Below are positions 48,539 to 60,173 of a DNA stretch of 64,000 nucleotides, piece by piece. The stretch comes from an uncultured delta proteobacterium (GTDB lineage Bacteria; Myxococcota_A; UBA9160; SMWR01): assembly GCA_963832165.1 (NCBI GenBank), contig CAWHTE010000004.1, positions 320,001-384,000 on the forward strand. The letters are read 5' to 3'. The position numbers were made by a program, and so were the translations under genes. Positions within the stretch are counted from its first letter, which is position 1. Every line of letters starts with the position of its first letter. Below the pieces are notes generated by a model. The model was not told the origin of the DNA, ran no database searches, and saw nothing but the letters and a program-made list of their open reading frames with translations.

Positions 48539-49945
48539 CTATACCTCGGTCGGGCTCGCCTTCCAGAAATAGTTCGCTTTGCCACCCGCGTCGTGGATCT
48601 TGCGGAACACGTACTCGACCGGCTGGTCGAGCTTGATCTCCGCGGGCCGGACGTTCGTCATCTGCACCTGCACGCGGCAGCCGTCGACCTCGGTCATCAC
48701 CATGATCGTGGGCGGCTCGGCAGCCGGGAAGAAGTAGTCGAAGGTGTAGGCGAGCAGCTTGCCGCGGCGGTCCGAGAGCCGGACCGGCTCCCAGCCGTCC
48801 TTCGCGAAGCATATGGCGCACACGCGCTGGCGCGGGAAGTGGATCTGACTGCAGCTCGTGCAGCGCGCGCCCAGGAACGCGATGTCGGCGTCGCGCTCGC
48901 GGAAGCGGATCGTGGCCGAGAGGCCGAGGTCGGCGCCCGACTGCCATTCCTTCGGATCGAGCCCGCGTGCGCGCAGGTAGGTGTCGTAGCTCCCGAGCGC
49001 TCGCCGGCGCGCGAGGTGCCACGACATGCCGCGCCGCGGCGCGAGCCGCGTGATCGCGTCGGTCACTTCGAACGCGAGCGCGTGCGCGCCGTCGCCGTAG
49101 GCCGCCACGAGCACGCGGTCTCCGGGACGCGCGGTCTCGAGCGCGTGGACGAAGAGCATCAGCGCGAAGGGCGTGCCCGTGTTGCCGAGCCGGCCGAACA
49201 GCGCGTCCTGCACCTGCTGGTCCTTGAATCCGAGCTTGCGCACGACGCCGCCCGCACTGCGCTCGTCGGGGGTGTAGAGCGCGATCCTCGCGAAGTCCTC
49301 GGGGCTGCGTCCCGTCTTGGCGATCAGCCCGCGCAGGGCCGCGATCGCATTCGGCGTGTAGCCCTCCTGGATCGCGAAGCGATCCTCCCAGGAGTGGGTG
49401 AAGCGCTCGCCCTCGATCCGCCACACGTCCTGCAGCTCGTCGGCCACCGAGAACGAGGCCTCGAAGCGCGCGATCGGGCTCGCCGTGACGAGCAGCGCGA
49501 CCGCGCCGTCGCCGAGCTTCGCCTCGAGCGCGCCGCGCGGAGCGCCGAGCCGGCAGTCGCTCGCGACCACGAGCACCGACCGCAGCGCGCCCGCGGTGAC
49601 CGCGTGCAGCGCGCTCTCGAGAGCCGCGGTGCCCGCGCGCAGCGAGCCCGAGTGGTCCTGGGTCAGTACGTCGCGCCGAAGATCGAGCGCCTTCGCGATC
49701 AGCGCGGCGCCCTGCTTCTCGCGCAGCGGATAGGTCGTGGAGGCGAAGTAGACCGCATCGACGGTCTCGCGCGCGACGCCGGTCAGGCAATCGATCGCGG
49801 CGGTCACGGCCATCGTCACGGCGTCTTCGTCGTAGTCGGCGACGGCGCGCTCGGCGCCTCCCTCTTTCGCGGGACGGCCCGCGATCAGCGCGAGCGGCAG
49901 GCGCGTGATCGGGACGTAGGCGCCGTAGGCGGCGATGCCGGTCAT
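48539..49945 (-). CDS. HMG-CoA-synthase-like domain fused to a C-terminal DUF35 (Zn-ribbon/OB-fold) domain
   Basis: GIAAYGAYVP, DEDAVTMAV, GNTG, YGDGA; C-terminal CTSC...FPRQRVCAIC...YFWKA. Confidence 0.85.
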   Translation of the reverse strand: MTGIAAYGAYVPITRLPLALIAGRPAKEGGAERAVADYDEDAVTMAVTAAIDCLTGVARETVDAVYFASTTYPLREKQGAALIAKALDLRRDVLTQDHSGSLRAGTAALESALHAVTAGALRSVLVVASDCRLGAPRGALEAKLGDGAVALLVTASPIARFEASFSVADELQDVWRIEGERFTHSWEDRFAIQEGYTPNAIAALRGLIAKTGRSPEDFARIALYTPDERSAGGVVRKLGFKDQQVQDALFGRLGNTGTPFALMLFVHALETARPGDRVLVAAYGDGAHALAFEVTDAITRLAPRRGMSWHLARRRALGSYDTYLRARGLDPKEWQSGADLGLSATIRFRERDADIAFLGARCTSCSQIHFPRQRVCAICFAKDGWEPVRLSDRRGKLLAYTFDYFFPAAEPPTIMVMTEVDGCRVQVQMTNVRPAEIKLDQPVEYVFRKIHDAGGKANYFWKASPTEV

Positions 49946-50007
49946 GGAATCTCACTCCTCGCTGCGCGCATCTTGCATCGATGGACCGGCGACGATAGCG
50001 CGGCGGT

Positions 50008-50337
50008 CTAGTGGCGCCGGTGACTGCGGAGGATGTAGTGGTCGCCCTGCAGCTCGCCGAACACCTCCGACACCTGCGGATGGCGCACCGGCTTGCCGGA
50101 CTCGTCGGGGAGCAGGTTCTGTTCGGAGACGTAGGCGACGTAGGTCGTCTGCTCGTTCTCGGCCAGCAGGTGGTAGTAGGGCTGGTCCTTGCGCGGACGG
50201 ATCGCCTCGGGAATCGCGAGCCACCACTCCTCGGTGTTGGAGAAGGTGGGATCCACGTCGAAGATCACCCCGCGGAACGGGTAGACGCGGTGCCGGACGA
50301 TCTGCCCGATGGCGAATTTCGCATCGCGCGGGTCCAT
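50008..50337 (-). CDS. hspQ: Heat shock protein HspQ (YccV-like)
   Basis: AKFAIGQIVRHRVYPFRGVIFDVDP, RPRKDQPYYHLL, AYVSEQNL. Confidence 0.9.
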   Translation of the reverse strand: MDPRDAKFAIGQIVRHRVYPFRGVIFDVDPTFSNTEEWWLAIPEAIRPRKDQPYYHLLAENEQTTYVAYVSEQNLLPDESGKPVRHPQVSEVFGELQGDHYILRSHRRH

Positions 50338-50388
50338 GGTCGCGCCGAACCTCCGCGGGACAGAGTAGCTCGTCTATGCTCGGAGCCG

Positions 50389-50883
50389 ATGCGGAGAGAG
50401 TTGCGCGTGCAGTTCATCCACGGGCTCGAGTCGAGTCCGCAGGGCGCGAAAGCGCAGCTGTTCGCGCAACACTTCGACGCCCGCACGCCTGCGATGGACA
50501 CACGCAACTTCGAGGCGAGTGTGCAGGTGCAGTCGACCGCGCTGCGCGAGTTCGAACCGCACGTGCTCGTCGGCTCGTCGTACGGCGGAGCGATCGCGGT
50601 CGATCTGCTGCAGCGCGGCGTCTGGCGCGGTCCGACGCTGCTGCTCGCGCAGGCCGCGCTGCGGCGCGGGATGCCCGCGGTGCTACCGCAGGGCGTCACG
50701 ATCTGGCTCGTGCACGGCACGCGCGACGAGATCATCGACATCGAGGACAGCCGGGTGCTCGCGCGGTCCGGATCCCCCGATCGCGTGCGGCTGATCGAGG
50801 TGGACGACGTCCACTCGCTGCACACGACCGTCGAGGACGGCCGGCTCGTGGCCTGGGTCGAGGCGCTCGCCGACGCGGGTTAG
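50389..50883 (+). CDS. Small alpha/beta hydrolase (YqiA/UPF0227-like)
   Basis: FIHGLESSP, GSSYGG, VHGTRDE, DDVHSL. Confidence 0.8.
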   Translation: MRRELRVQFIHGLESSPQGAKAQLFAQHFDARTPAMDTRNFEASVQVQSTALREFEPHVLVGSSYGGAIAVDLLQRGVWRGPTLLLAQAALRRGMPAVLPQGVTIWLVHGTRDEIIDIEDSRVLARSGSPDRVRLIEVDDVHSLHTTVEDGRLVAWVEALADAG

Positions 50884-51051
50884 GCGAAGCGCGGCCGGTG
50901 GCCGGAGTCGAGCCCGCGGGGCGCATTGCCGCGGGCCGGAATTCACCGCGAGTTCGGACCCTTCGGGTCTTTCGCTGCGTGGCCTCGAGGTCAACTCGTG
51001 CGGCTGTTCTGCCGATGTACGGGGCGTCGGGCACCCGACGGTGGGGCAGAC

Positions 51052-52842
<1,791 letters not shown>

Positions 52843-53006
52843 TCGATCCGGTCCGCGCGCTCGGGGCTGCTCGTTCGCACTATGATTGCGCCGGAGAGTA
52901 CGCGCTGAGCACGCGGCGGTTCCGCGCGCGCGACTACGAGATCGTCGACTTTTCTTGACGGAGGCTTGACGGAGATCGAGCGCCATCTGCCGATGCGGAG
53001 AGGCGC

Positions 53007-56000
53007 ATGGTCTCGGCAACGACCCGTCGACGCATCGAGGCGCCCGGCCCACTCCCGGGCCTCGCGCGCGGGCTCGTGCTCGCGGCCGCCTGTTTTGCGG
53101 CCGGAAAGCTCTCGCTGCTGCTCGCGATCCCGCCCGGCTATGCCACGGCCGTCTGGCCCGCGGCCGGGATCGCGCTCGCGGGGGTGCTGCTCTGGGGGCC
53201 GGTCGCGGTGCTCGGGGTGGGGCTCGGCTCGTTCCTGACCCACATCGCAGCCTCGGGTGCCGCCGCGGACGATGCGCGCGGGGTTGCGATCGCGGCGGCG
53301 ATCGCGTTCGGCGCCGCGCTGCAGGCGCTCGTGGGGAGCATCCTGATCCGCCGCACGGTCGGATCCGTGCCTCCGCTCGTGCGCGATGGCGAGATCATCC
53401 GCTTCGTCGTGCTCGGCGGGCCGATCGCCTGCGTGGTCCGGGCGACCTGCGGCGTGGCGGCGCTCGTGGTTTCCGGTGTCGACTCGCCCGACGCGGCTGC
53501 GTTCAGCTGGTTCACCTGGTGGATCGGCGACACGATCGGCGTGCTGATCTTCGCCCCGCTGATCCTGTTGCCGTTTGCGCCGCCTGCCGAGGCGCGGCGG
53601 CGCTGGCTCTCGGTGGGGGGGCCGCTCCTGGCCACGTTCGCGACGACCGTCGCGGTCTTCGTCTATGCGAGGCACTGGGAGAGCACGCGCGCGCGCCACG
53701 ATTTCGAGCGACACGCCGAGAACCTCTCGCGCGCGATCGAGGTGGACGTCGCGGACTACGTCGCCGTGCTGCGATCCGTCGTCGCACTCTTCGCGGGCTC
53801 CCACACCGTGGAGCGCAGCGAGTTCGGTGCGTTCGTGAACGGGCTTCTGGCGCAGCACCCCGGAATGCACGGGCTCTCGTGGAACGCGCGTGTCTCGGCG
53901 GACGAGCGCGAGGCGTTCGAGCGGTCCGTACGCAGCGAGGGATTCCCGCACTTCCAGATCACCGAGCGGGACGCACAGCACAGGCTCGTGCCGGCAGCGA
54001 GGCGCAGCGAATACGTGCCGGTCACCTATGTCGAGCCCGAGCCCGCCAACGAGCGGGCGCTGGGCTTCGACACGGCGTCGAGTAGCGAGCGCCGCCACCT
54101 CCAGGCCCAGGCACGCGACAGCGGTGAGCTGGCCGTGATCGCGCGAGTGCGCCTCGTGCAACAGCAGGACGAAGGCGTGAGCGCGCTGCTGTGCGTGCCG
54201 GTGTTCCGCAATGGAAGGCCGCATGCGACGATCGAGGAGCGCCGCGCCAACGTGCAGGGTTACCTCGCGGGTCTGCTGCGGATCGACGACATGGTCGCCA
54301 CCGCACTGCGCGGCGCGGATCTCGAAGGGGTCGTGCTGCGCATCGAAGACGACCGCGCGCCCGCCGAGGCGCGCCTGCTCTGGGGTACGCCCGGCGGTGC
54401 CGATCCGGACGAATTCGCGTACCACCGCTCGCTCGAATCCGCGGGGCTGCGATGGAGCCTTCACGTGGAGCGCGACACCCGCTATCTGGTCGCGCACCGC
54501 AGTCTCAGCTCGTGGTTCGTGCTGCTGGGCGGCCTCCTGCTCGACAGCCTGCTCGGGACGTTCCTGCTCATGATGACCGGGCGCACCGCGCGCATCGAAT
54601 CACTCGTCTCGGAGCGCACGCAGCAGCTCTCGCTCGCGATGGACGCGCTGGAGCAGGAGCTGCTCGACGGCGAGCTCGTGCAACACGCGTTGCGCTCCTC
54701 CGAGAACCAGCTCCGCTCCGTCACGGAATCGGCGAACGACGCGATCATCATCGCGAACGCCGACGGGCGGATCCTGCGCTGGAACTTCGCGGCCGAGCGC
54801 TGCTTCGGATACAGCGAGCAGGAGGCGATCGGCGTGTCCGTGAGCATGCTGGTTCCCGAGCGGCTCCGCGGCGCACACGAGGCCGGCATGGCGCGGCTGC
54901 GTGCAGGCGAAGTGCCGGGTCTGGTCGACCGCACGCTCGAGGTGCGCGGGCTGCGCAAAGACGCCGCGGAGATGCCGCTCGAGATCTCGCTGTCCACCTG
55001 GTGCTCCGACGACGGAACGTATTTCTGCGCAATCGTCCGCGACATCCGCGAGCGCCACCGCGCGGCGTTGGAGCTCCAGCGCGCGAAGGAAGCCGCCGAG
55101 GCGGGCAACCGCGCGAAAGGGGACTTCCTGGCCAACATGAGCCACGAAATCCGCACACCCATGAATGCGGTGATCGGCATGACGGGGCTCTTGCGCGCGA
55201 CGCAACTCGATCCACGGCAGCGCGAGTTCGTCGAGACGATCCGGCTCAGCGGTGAGCACCTGCTCACCGTCATCAACGAGATCCTCGACCTCTCCAAGAT
55301 CGAGGCGGGCCACCTCGACCTCGAGATGAGCCGCTTCGACGTGCGCCGCTTCGTAGCGGAGACGCTGGAGCTGATCGCGCCGCGCGCGGTGGAGAAAGGG
55401 CTCGCGCTGCGCCACCGCGTCGAGGCGGCGGTTCCCGCGGTGATCTCCACAGACGCGGGGCGCCTGCGCCAGGTGCTCGTGAATCTGCTCGGCAACGCAG
55501 TGAAGTTCACCGAACGAGGCGGCGTCGAGGTCGAGCTCCAGGCGCGCGCTCTCGAGAGCGCCGACGCGGAGCGCGGCCGCTGCGAGCTGCACTTCCTCGT
55601 GCGGGATACCGGCTTCGGGATCCGCGGCGAGCAGGTCGAGCGGCTGTTCGAGCCGTTCACGCAGGCCGACGCGTCGGTGACCCGGCGATTCGGGGGAACC
55701 GGCCTCGGGCTCACAATCTCGAAGCGTTTGTGCGAGCGGCTCGGGGGCCGGATCTGGGTGGAGAGCGAAGTGAGCCGCGGCTCCACGTTCCACTTCACGA
55801 TCGCCGCGGATCTCGTGGCGCCGCTCGATGCCGTGGTGGCGGAACCCGCGCCCGCGCGGCCGGAGCCGGTCGTGCGGCGCGCAACGGCGGCCCACTGCTC
55901 GATCCTGCTCGCCGAGGACAATTCCGTGAACCAGAAGGTCGCGAAGCTGATCCTCGAGCAGCTCGGCTATTCGGATGTGGACACGGTGGGCAACGGCATC

Positions 56001-56645
56001 GAGGTGATCGCCGCGCTCGAACGCCGGAGCTACGACATCGTGATCATGGACGTGCAGATGCCGGACATGGACGGCATCGACGCCACGCGCTGGATCCGCG
56101 GGCGCTGGAAGCGCGCGCCCAAGATCATCGCGTTGACGGCGCACGCGCTGTCGGGGGACCGGGAGCGGTGCATCCAGGCGGGCATGGACGGCTACCTCAC
56201 GAAGCCGATTCAGGCCGCCGAGCTCGAGGCGGAGCTCTTGCGGCTCGACGCCGAGGCGACCGGGGCCCCGCGCGTTCGCGTGCCCGACGCGCGTCGGCGG
56301 CTGGCGCCGCTCCACGCGCAGATCGCAGACCTGCGCGTGGTCTCGGAGATCGTGGACGAGTTCGCAGCCGAGGCGAGAGGCGCAGAAGCGCTGCTGCACG
56401 CCGCGTTCGCGCAGCGCGACGCGAAATCGGCGCGCCGGCTCGCACACACGCTCGGCTCCACCGCGGCGCTCGTGGGCGCGGGCGAGCTGTCGCTTCTCGC
56501 GCGCGAGATCGAACGGCTCGCGATGGCCGAGGACACGGCGGGCGCGCTCGCGCGGATGCGCGGGCTCGCGGAGGCGGTCGAGCACGCGCTCGGCGCAGTG
56601 ATCGCCGAGCGGGATGCGCTGGTGGGCGAGGGCGAGGCCGCGTAG
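53007..56645 (+). CDS. Hybrid histidine kinase (MASE1-CHASE-PAS-HisKA-HATPase-REC-Hpt)
   Basis: VWPAAGIA and WWIGDTIG (MASE1); YVPVTYVEP...NERALGFD (CHASE); PAS; SHEIRTPMN; AEDN...MDVQMP; AHTLGSTA (Hpt). Confidence 0.92.
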   Translation: MVSATTRRRIEAPGPLPGLARGLVLAAACFAAGKLSLLLAIPPGYATAVWPAAGIALAGVLLWGPVAVLGVGLGSFLTHIAASGAAADDARGVAIAAAIAFGAALQALVGSILIRRTVGSVPPLVRDGEIIRFVVLGGPIACVVRATCGVAALVVSGVDSPDAAAFSWFTWWIGDTIGVLIFAPLILLPFAPPAEARRRWLSVGGPLLATFATTVAVFVYARHWESTRARHDFERHAENLSRAIEVDVADYVAVLRSVVALFAGSHTVERSEFGAFVNGLLAQHPGMHGLSWNARVSADEREAFERSVRSEGFPHFQITERDAQHRLVPAARRSEYVPVTYVEPEPANERALGFDTASSSERRHLQAQARDSGELAVIARVRLVQQQDEGVSALLCVPVFRNGRPHATIEERRANVQGYLAGLLRIDDMVATALRGADLEGVVLRIEDDRAPAEARLLWGTPGGADPDEFAYHRSLESAGLRWSLHVERDTRYLVAHRSLSSWFVLLGGLLLDSLLGTFLLMMTGRTARIESLVSERTQQLSLAMDALEQELLDGELVQHALRSSENQLRSVTESANDAIIIANADGRILRWNFAAERCFGYSEQEAIGVSVSMLVPERLRGAHEAGMARLRAGEVPGLVDRTLEVRGLRKDAAEMPLEISLSTWCSDDGTYFCAIVRDIRERHRAALELQRAKEAAEAGNRAKGDFLANMSHEIRTPMNAVIGMTGLLRATQLDPRQREFVETIRLSGEHLLTVINEILDLSKIEAGHLDLEMSRFDVRRFVAETLELIAPRAVEKGLALRHRVEAAVPAVISTDAGRLRQVLVNLLGNAVKFTERGGVEVELQARALESADAERGRCELHFLVRDTGFGIRGEQVERLFEPFTQADASVTRRFGGTGLGLTISKRLCERLGGRIWVESEVSRGSTFHFTIAADLVAPLDAVVAEPAPARPEPVVRRATAAHCSILLAEDNSVNQKVAKLILEQLGYSDVDTVGNGIEVIAALERRSYDIVIMDVQMPDMDGIDATRWIRGRWKRAPKIIALTAHALSGDRERCIQAGMDGYLTKPIQAAELEAELLRLDAEATGAPRVRVPDARRRLAPLHAQIADLRVVSEIVDEFAAEARGAEALLHAAFAQRDAKSARRLAHTLGSTAALVGAGELSLLAREIERLAMAEDTAGALARMRGLAEAVEHALGAVIAERDALVGEGEAA

Positions 56646-56657
56646 GCGCGCGCCGTC

Positions 56658-57053
56658 TCAGGCGAGCAGGCGCTCCACGAAGTCGGCACAGCTCGCGAGC
56701 TCGAACGGCTTCTGCAGGAACGAGCAGTTCTCGCCGTGCGGCGGGCGAATCGGCATCGCCGACGTCATCGCGACGCGCGCCTGGGGCTGCAGCTTGCGGC
56801 ACTCGCTGAGCACGGCCCATCCGTTGCAGTCCTCGAGCATGTAGTCTGCGAGCACCGCGTCGAACTGGCAGCTCTGGAGTGCGAGCCGCGCGCTGGCCGC
56901 GTCGGAAGCCCACTGGATCGCCGCGTCCGGAATGGCCTCGTGTACGGCGCACTGGATCAGGTTCCAGCTCTCGACGTCATCCTCCACGATCAGGATGCGC
57001 GGGTGCTTGCGCGGTGCCTGCAGATCGTCGAAGGGGGTTGCGATTGCCAGCAT
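56658..57053 (-). CDS. Single-domain response regulator
   Basis: ILIVEDD, VLADYML, MTS, FLQKPF. Confidence 0.8.
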   Translation of the reverse strand: MLAIATPFDDLQAPRKHPRILIVEDDVESWNLIQCAVHEAIPDAAIQWASDAASARLALQSCQFDAVLADYMLEDCNGWAVLSECRKLQPQARVAMTSAMPIRPPHGENCSFLQKPFELASCADFVERLLA

Positions 57054-57193
57054 GATTCGGTCTCCGTGCTGGTCTTCCCGTTTGGCCTTACGGCTCCTAA
57101 CGTTCACCCGAGGTCGCCGCGTCGAGGAGTTTTCTGAATACACTGGAGCGGGCTCAACTCGGCCTCGGCGTGCGTCGATTCGACAAAACGGCC

Positions 57194-59461
57194 ATGAACG
57201 AACCCTGCATCCTGCTCGTGGAGGACTCCCCGCCCCACGCAACGGTGGCCAAGTACGCGCTGGCGGCCGCGGGCGTGCGCGTGGAGCACTGCGTCACGCT
57301 CGCAGCGGCGCTCGAGCGCCTCGCCAACCCCGATCTCGCGCGCCCGACCGCGGTCGTGCTCGATCTCACGCTGCCCGATTCGAGCGGGATCGAGACCTTC
57401 GAGCGCGTAGCTGCACTCGGAGCACCGCCGGTCGTGGTGCTCTCGGCCGACGACGATCCGGCCCAGGCGCTCGCGCTGATCGACCGCGGCGCGCAGGACT
57501 ACCTCGTGAAGGGCGAGAACACCGGGCCCGCGATCGCGCGCGCAGTGCGCCAGGCGATCGAGCGCGGCCGGCTCCAGGAAGAGCAGCGCCGTGCGCGCGA
57601 GAAGGCCGAGGCCGCGGTGCGCGCGCAGCGCGCGTTCGTGGCCGCGATGAGCCACGAGGTGCGCACGCCGCTCAACGCGATTCTCGGCATGTCGGAGCTG
57701 CTCGCGCAGACGGAGCTGACTCCCGATCAACGCGAGTACGTCGAGATCGCGCGGCGCTGTGGGCGTGCGCTCCAGGGCCTGCTCGACAACGCGCTCGAGC
57801 TCTCGCGCCTGGAAGGTGGCGGGATCGAGATCGCGCACGAGCCCTTCGAGCTCGAGGCGGTCATTCACGAGTGCCTCGAGGCATTCTCGTTCGCTGCGCA
57901 TCAGAAGGGCGTCGCGCTGGTCGCGGACCTCCTCGACGATGCGGTTGGAACGGTGGTCGGCGACGAGAACCGCGTGCGCCAGGTGCTGTTCAACCTGGTC
58001 GGCAACGCGGTCAAGTTCACCGAGCACGGCCGGGTGTCGGTGAGCGCGTGGCTGGCGGCCGAGCAGCTCGTGATCGCCGTCTCCGACACCGGGATCGGCA
58101 TCGCTCGGGACCGCCAGGCCGCGATTTTCGAGCGCTTCGTCCAGGCGGAGTCGGGCACGACCCGGCGCTTCGGCGGCAGCGGCCTCGGTCTCGCGCTGTG
58201 CCGCGAGATGGTCGGCGCGATGGGCGGTGAGATCCACGTGGAGAGCGAATCGGGTGCGGGCAGCGTCTTCCAGGTGACGCTGCCCTGGCGCGTGCACGTG
58301 CGCGCGTGCGCGCCGACGCTCGCCGATCAGCAGATCCTCGTGCTCGTGGCGGATCCGGTCGAGCGCAAGTCGCTCGTGGCGCGGATGCAGAAGCGCGGTG
58401 CGCAGGTGTACGAGGCGCCGACGCTCGCGGAAGCCGAGCGCTGGATCGGCTCGGGCGCGCGCATCGATGCGGCGCTGATCGATGCACGCGTGCCCGACGG
58501 CGATGGGCTCGAGCTGCTCGAACGCGTCGCGAGCGGCGTGCGCGCCAGCTTCCGGCGCATCGCGCTCTTGCCGATGAACCACCGGGTCGGCGACCTCTCG
58601 CGCTGCGAGGCGATCGGAGCGGCTGCGCTGGGCAAGCCCGCGCGCTGGGAGGCGCTCGAGCGCGCGCTGCGCGATGGGCACGCCGCGACGGGTGCCGTCG
58701 CGGCGGGTGCGCCGCCGTCGTTCGCGGGCGTCGCGATCCTCCTGGCCGAGGATGCACCCGAGAATCAGGCGGTCGTGCGCGCGCATCTGCGCGAGACCGG
58801 CTGCGTCGTGGAGGTCGCCGTCGACGGCGACCAGACGTTCGATCGGTGGCGGCGCGGAGACTTCGATCTCGTGCTGATGGACGTGCACATGCCGGGCACC
58901 GACGGCGTCGAGGCGACGCGCCGGATCCGCGCGGAGGAGCGCCGCACGGGTCGGCGCCCGATCCCGATCATCGCGCTCTCCGCCGACACGCAGGAGGAGC
59001 AGCGCGAGGCGTGCCTCGCGGCGGGCTGCGATGCCCACCTCGAGAAGCCGTTCGCGCAGCGCGACCTGTTCGCGACGCTGCAGCGCTTCCTGCGCGGATC
59101 CGCGACGGCGGCCGCCGCTCCGGAGGCCGAGGTCGAGGCGCCCGCGCAGATCCCGCCCGACCTCGCCGACCTGGCCGAGGAGTACCTGTCGAACCGCTGC
59201 GGAGACGCGACTGCGCTGCTCGAGGCCGCGCGCGCGAAGGACTTTGCCCAGGCGAAGCGGCGCGGGCACAACATGAAGGGCTCCGGGGCGGGCTACGGCT
59301 TCCCGCGCGTGTCGGAGCTCGGCGCGCGGATCGAGCGCGCGGCCGAGGCCGGCGACGCGGAAGCGATCGAGCGCTGGGCGGAGGCGCTCTCCGAGTACGC
59401 CGAGCGGCAGCTCGGCGAGCTTCCTCAGGCTCCGCCGCGCACCGACTCGACCATGCGGTAG
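57194..59461 (+). CDS. Cytoplasmic hybrid histidine kinase (REC-HisKA-HATPase-REC-REC-Hpt)
   Basis: LLVEDS...LDLTLPD; MSHEVRTPLN; GGSGLGL; AEDA...MDVHMP; GHNMKGSG (Hpt). Confidence 0.92.
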   Translation: MNEPCILLVEDSPPHATVAKYALAAAGVRVEHCVTLAAALERLANPDLARPTAVVLDLTLPDSSGIETFERVAALGAPPVVVLSADDDPAQALALIDRGAQDYLVKGENTGPAIARAVRQAIERGRLQEEQRRAREKAEAAVRAQRAFVAAMSHEVRTPLNAILGMSELLAQTELTPDQREYVEIARRCGRALQGLLDNALELSRLEGGGIEIAHEPFELEAVIHECLEAFSFAAHQKGVALVADLLDDAVGTVVGDENRVRQVLFNLVGNAVKFTEHGRVSVSAWLAAEQLVIAVSDTGIGIARDRQAAIFERFVQAESGTTRRFGGSGLGLALCREMVGAMGGEIHVESESGAGSVFQVTLPWRVHVRACAPTLADQQILVLVADPVERKSLVARMQKRGAQVYEAPTLAEAERWIGSGARIDAALIDARVPDGDGLELLERVASGVRASFRRIALLPMNHRVGDLSRCEAIGAAALGKPARWEALERALRDGHAATGAVAAGAPPSFAGVAILLAEDAPENQAVVRAHLRETGCVVEVAVDGDQTFDRWRRGDFDLVLMDVHMPGTDGVEATRRIRAEERRTGRRPIPIIALSADTQEEQREACLAAGCDAHLEKPFAQRDLFATLQRFLRGSATAAAAPEAEVEAPAQIPPDLADLAEEYLSNRCGDATALLEAARAKDFAQAKRRGHNMKGSGAGYGFPRVSELGARIERAAEAGDAEAIERWAEALSEYAERQLGELPQAPPRTDSTMR

Positions 59462-60120
59462 CCGACGCCGCGCACGGTCTCGATCCAGTCGCGCAGCGGC
59501 CCGAGCTTGCGCCGCAGATTGCACAGATGCGTGTCGATCGTGCGCTCGGTGATCACGCAGTCGCCCACGAGCACGTGCGCGAGCTGAGAGCGCGAGAGGA
59601 CACGTCCGGGTGTCTCGGCGAGCGCGACGAGCAGGCGCAGCTCGTGGGCGGTGAGGTCGAGATCGTGCTCGACGCCGTCCTTCACGCGGTGGGCCTTGAA
59701 ACGTCCGCGGTCGATCCGCAGCGGGCCGAGCACGTGGACGGTGTTGTCCTTTTCGCCGCTGCGGCGCAGGCGCGCGGCGACGCGCGCGCGCAGCTCGGCC
59801 GCGTTGAACGGCTTGTCGACGAAGTCGTCGGCGCCGAGGCCGAACGCGGTGACCTTCGTGTCGACCGCGTTGCGCGAGCTCAGGAAGATCACGGGAATCG
59901 AGCGGGTCGTCTCGTCGCTGCGCAGCTCGGAGCACAGGACCATTCCGTCGCCATCGGGCAGGCCGATGTCGAGCAGCACGAGGTCGGGCCGCGCTTCGGC
60001 GAGTGCCGAACGCGCCTCGGCCAGCCCTTCGGCCGGGCGCACGGAATAACTCGGACCGAGCGCGCGCTCGATCAGACGCCGAGTATCGGGATCGTCCTCG
60101 ACGACCAGGATTGCGCCCAT
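59425..60120 (-). CDS. OmpR family DNA-binding response regulator
   Basis: ILVVEDD, LLDIGLPDGDG, KPF, winged helix RTIDTHLCNLRRKL...IETVRGVGY. Confidence 0.92.
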   Translation of the reverse strand: MGAILVVEDDPDTRRLIERALGPSYSVRPAEGLAEARSALAEARPDLVLLDIGLPDGDGMVLCSELRSDETTRSIPVIFLSSRNAVDTKVTAFGLGADDFVDKPFNAAELRARVAARLRRSGEKDNTVHVLGPLRIDRGRFKAHRVKDGVEHDLDLTAHELRLLVALAETPGRVLSRSQLAHVLVGDCVITERTIDTHLCNLRRKLGPLRDWIETVRGVGYRMVESVRGGA

Positions 60121-60173
60121 ACGACGCGTATCGGATTAGCGCTGGCGATGCCGTAGCGCGAGGGGTCGAGGGG

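Noticed and set aside
59425..59461. 37-bp convergent overlap between the kinase and OmpR genes
   Set aside because: Short 3' overlaps are common in GC-rich genomes and nothing else suggests a function
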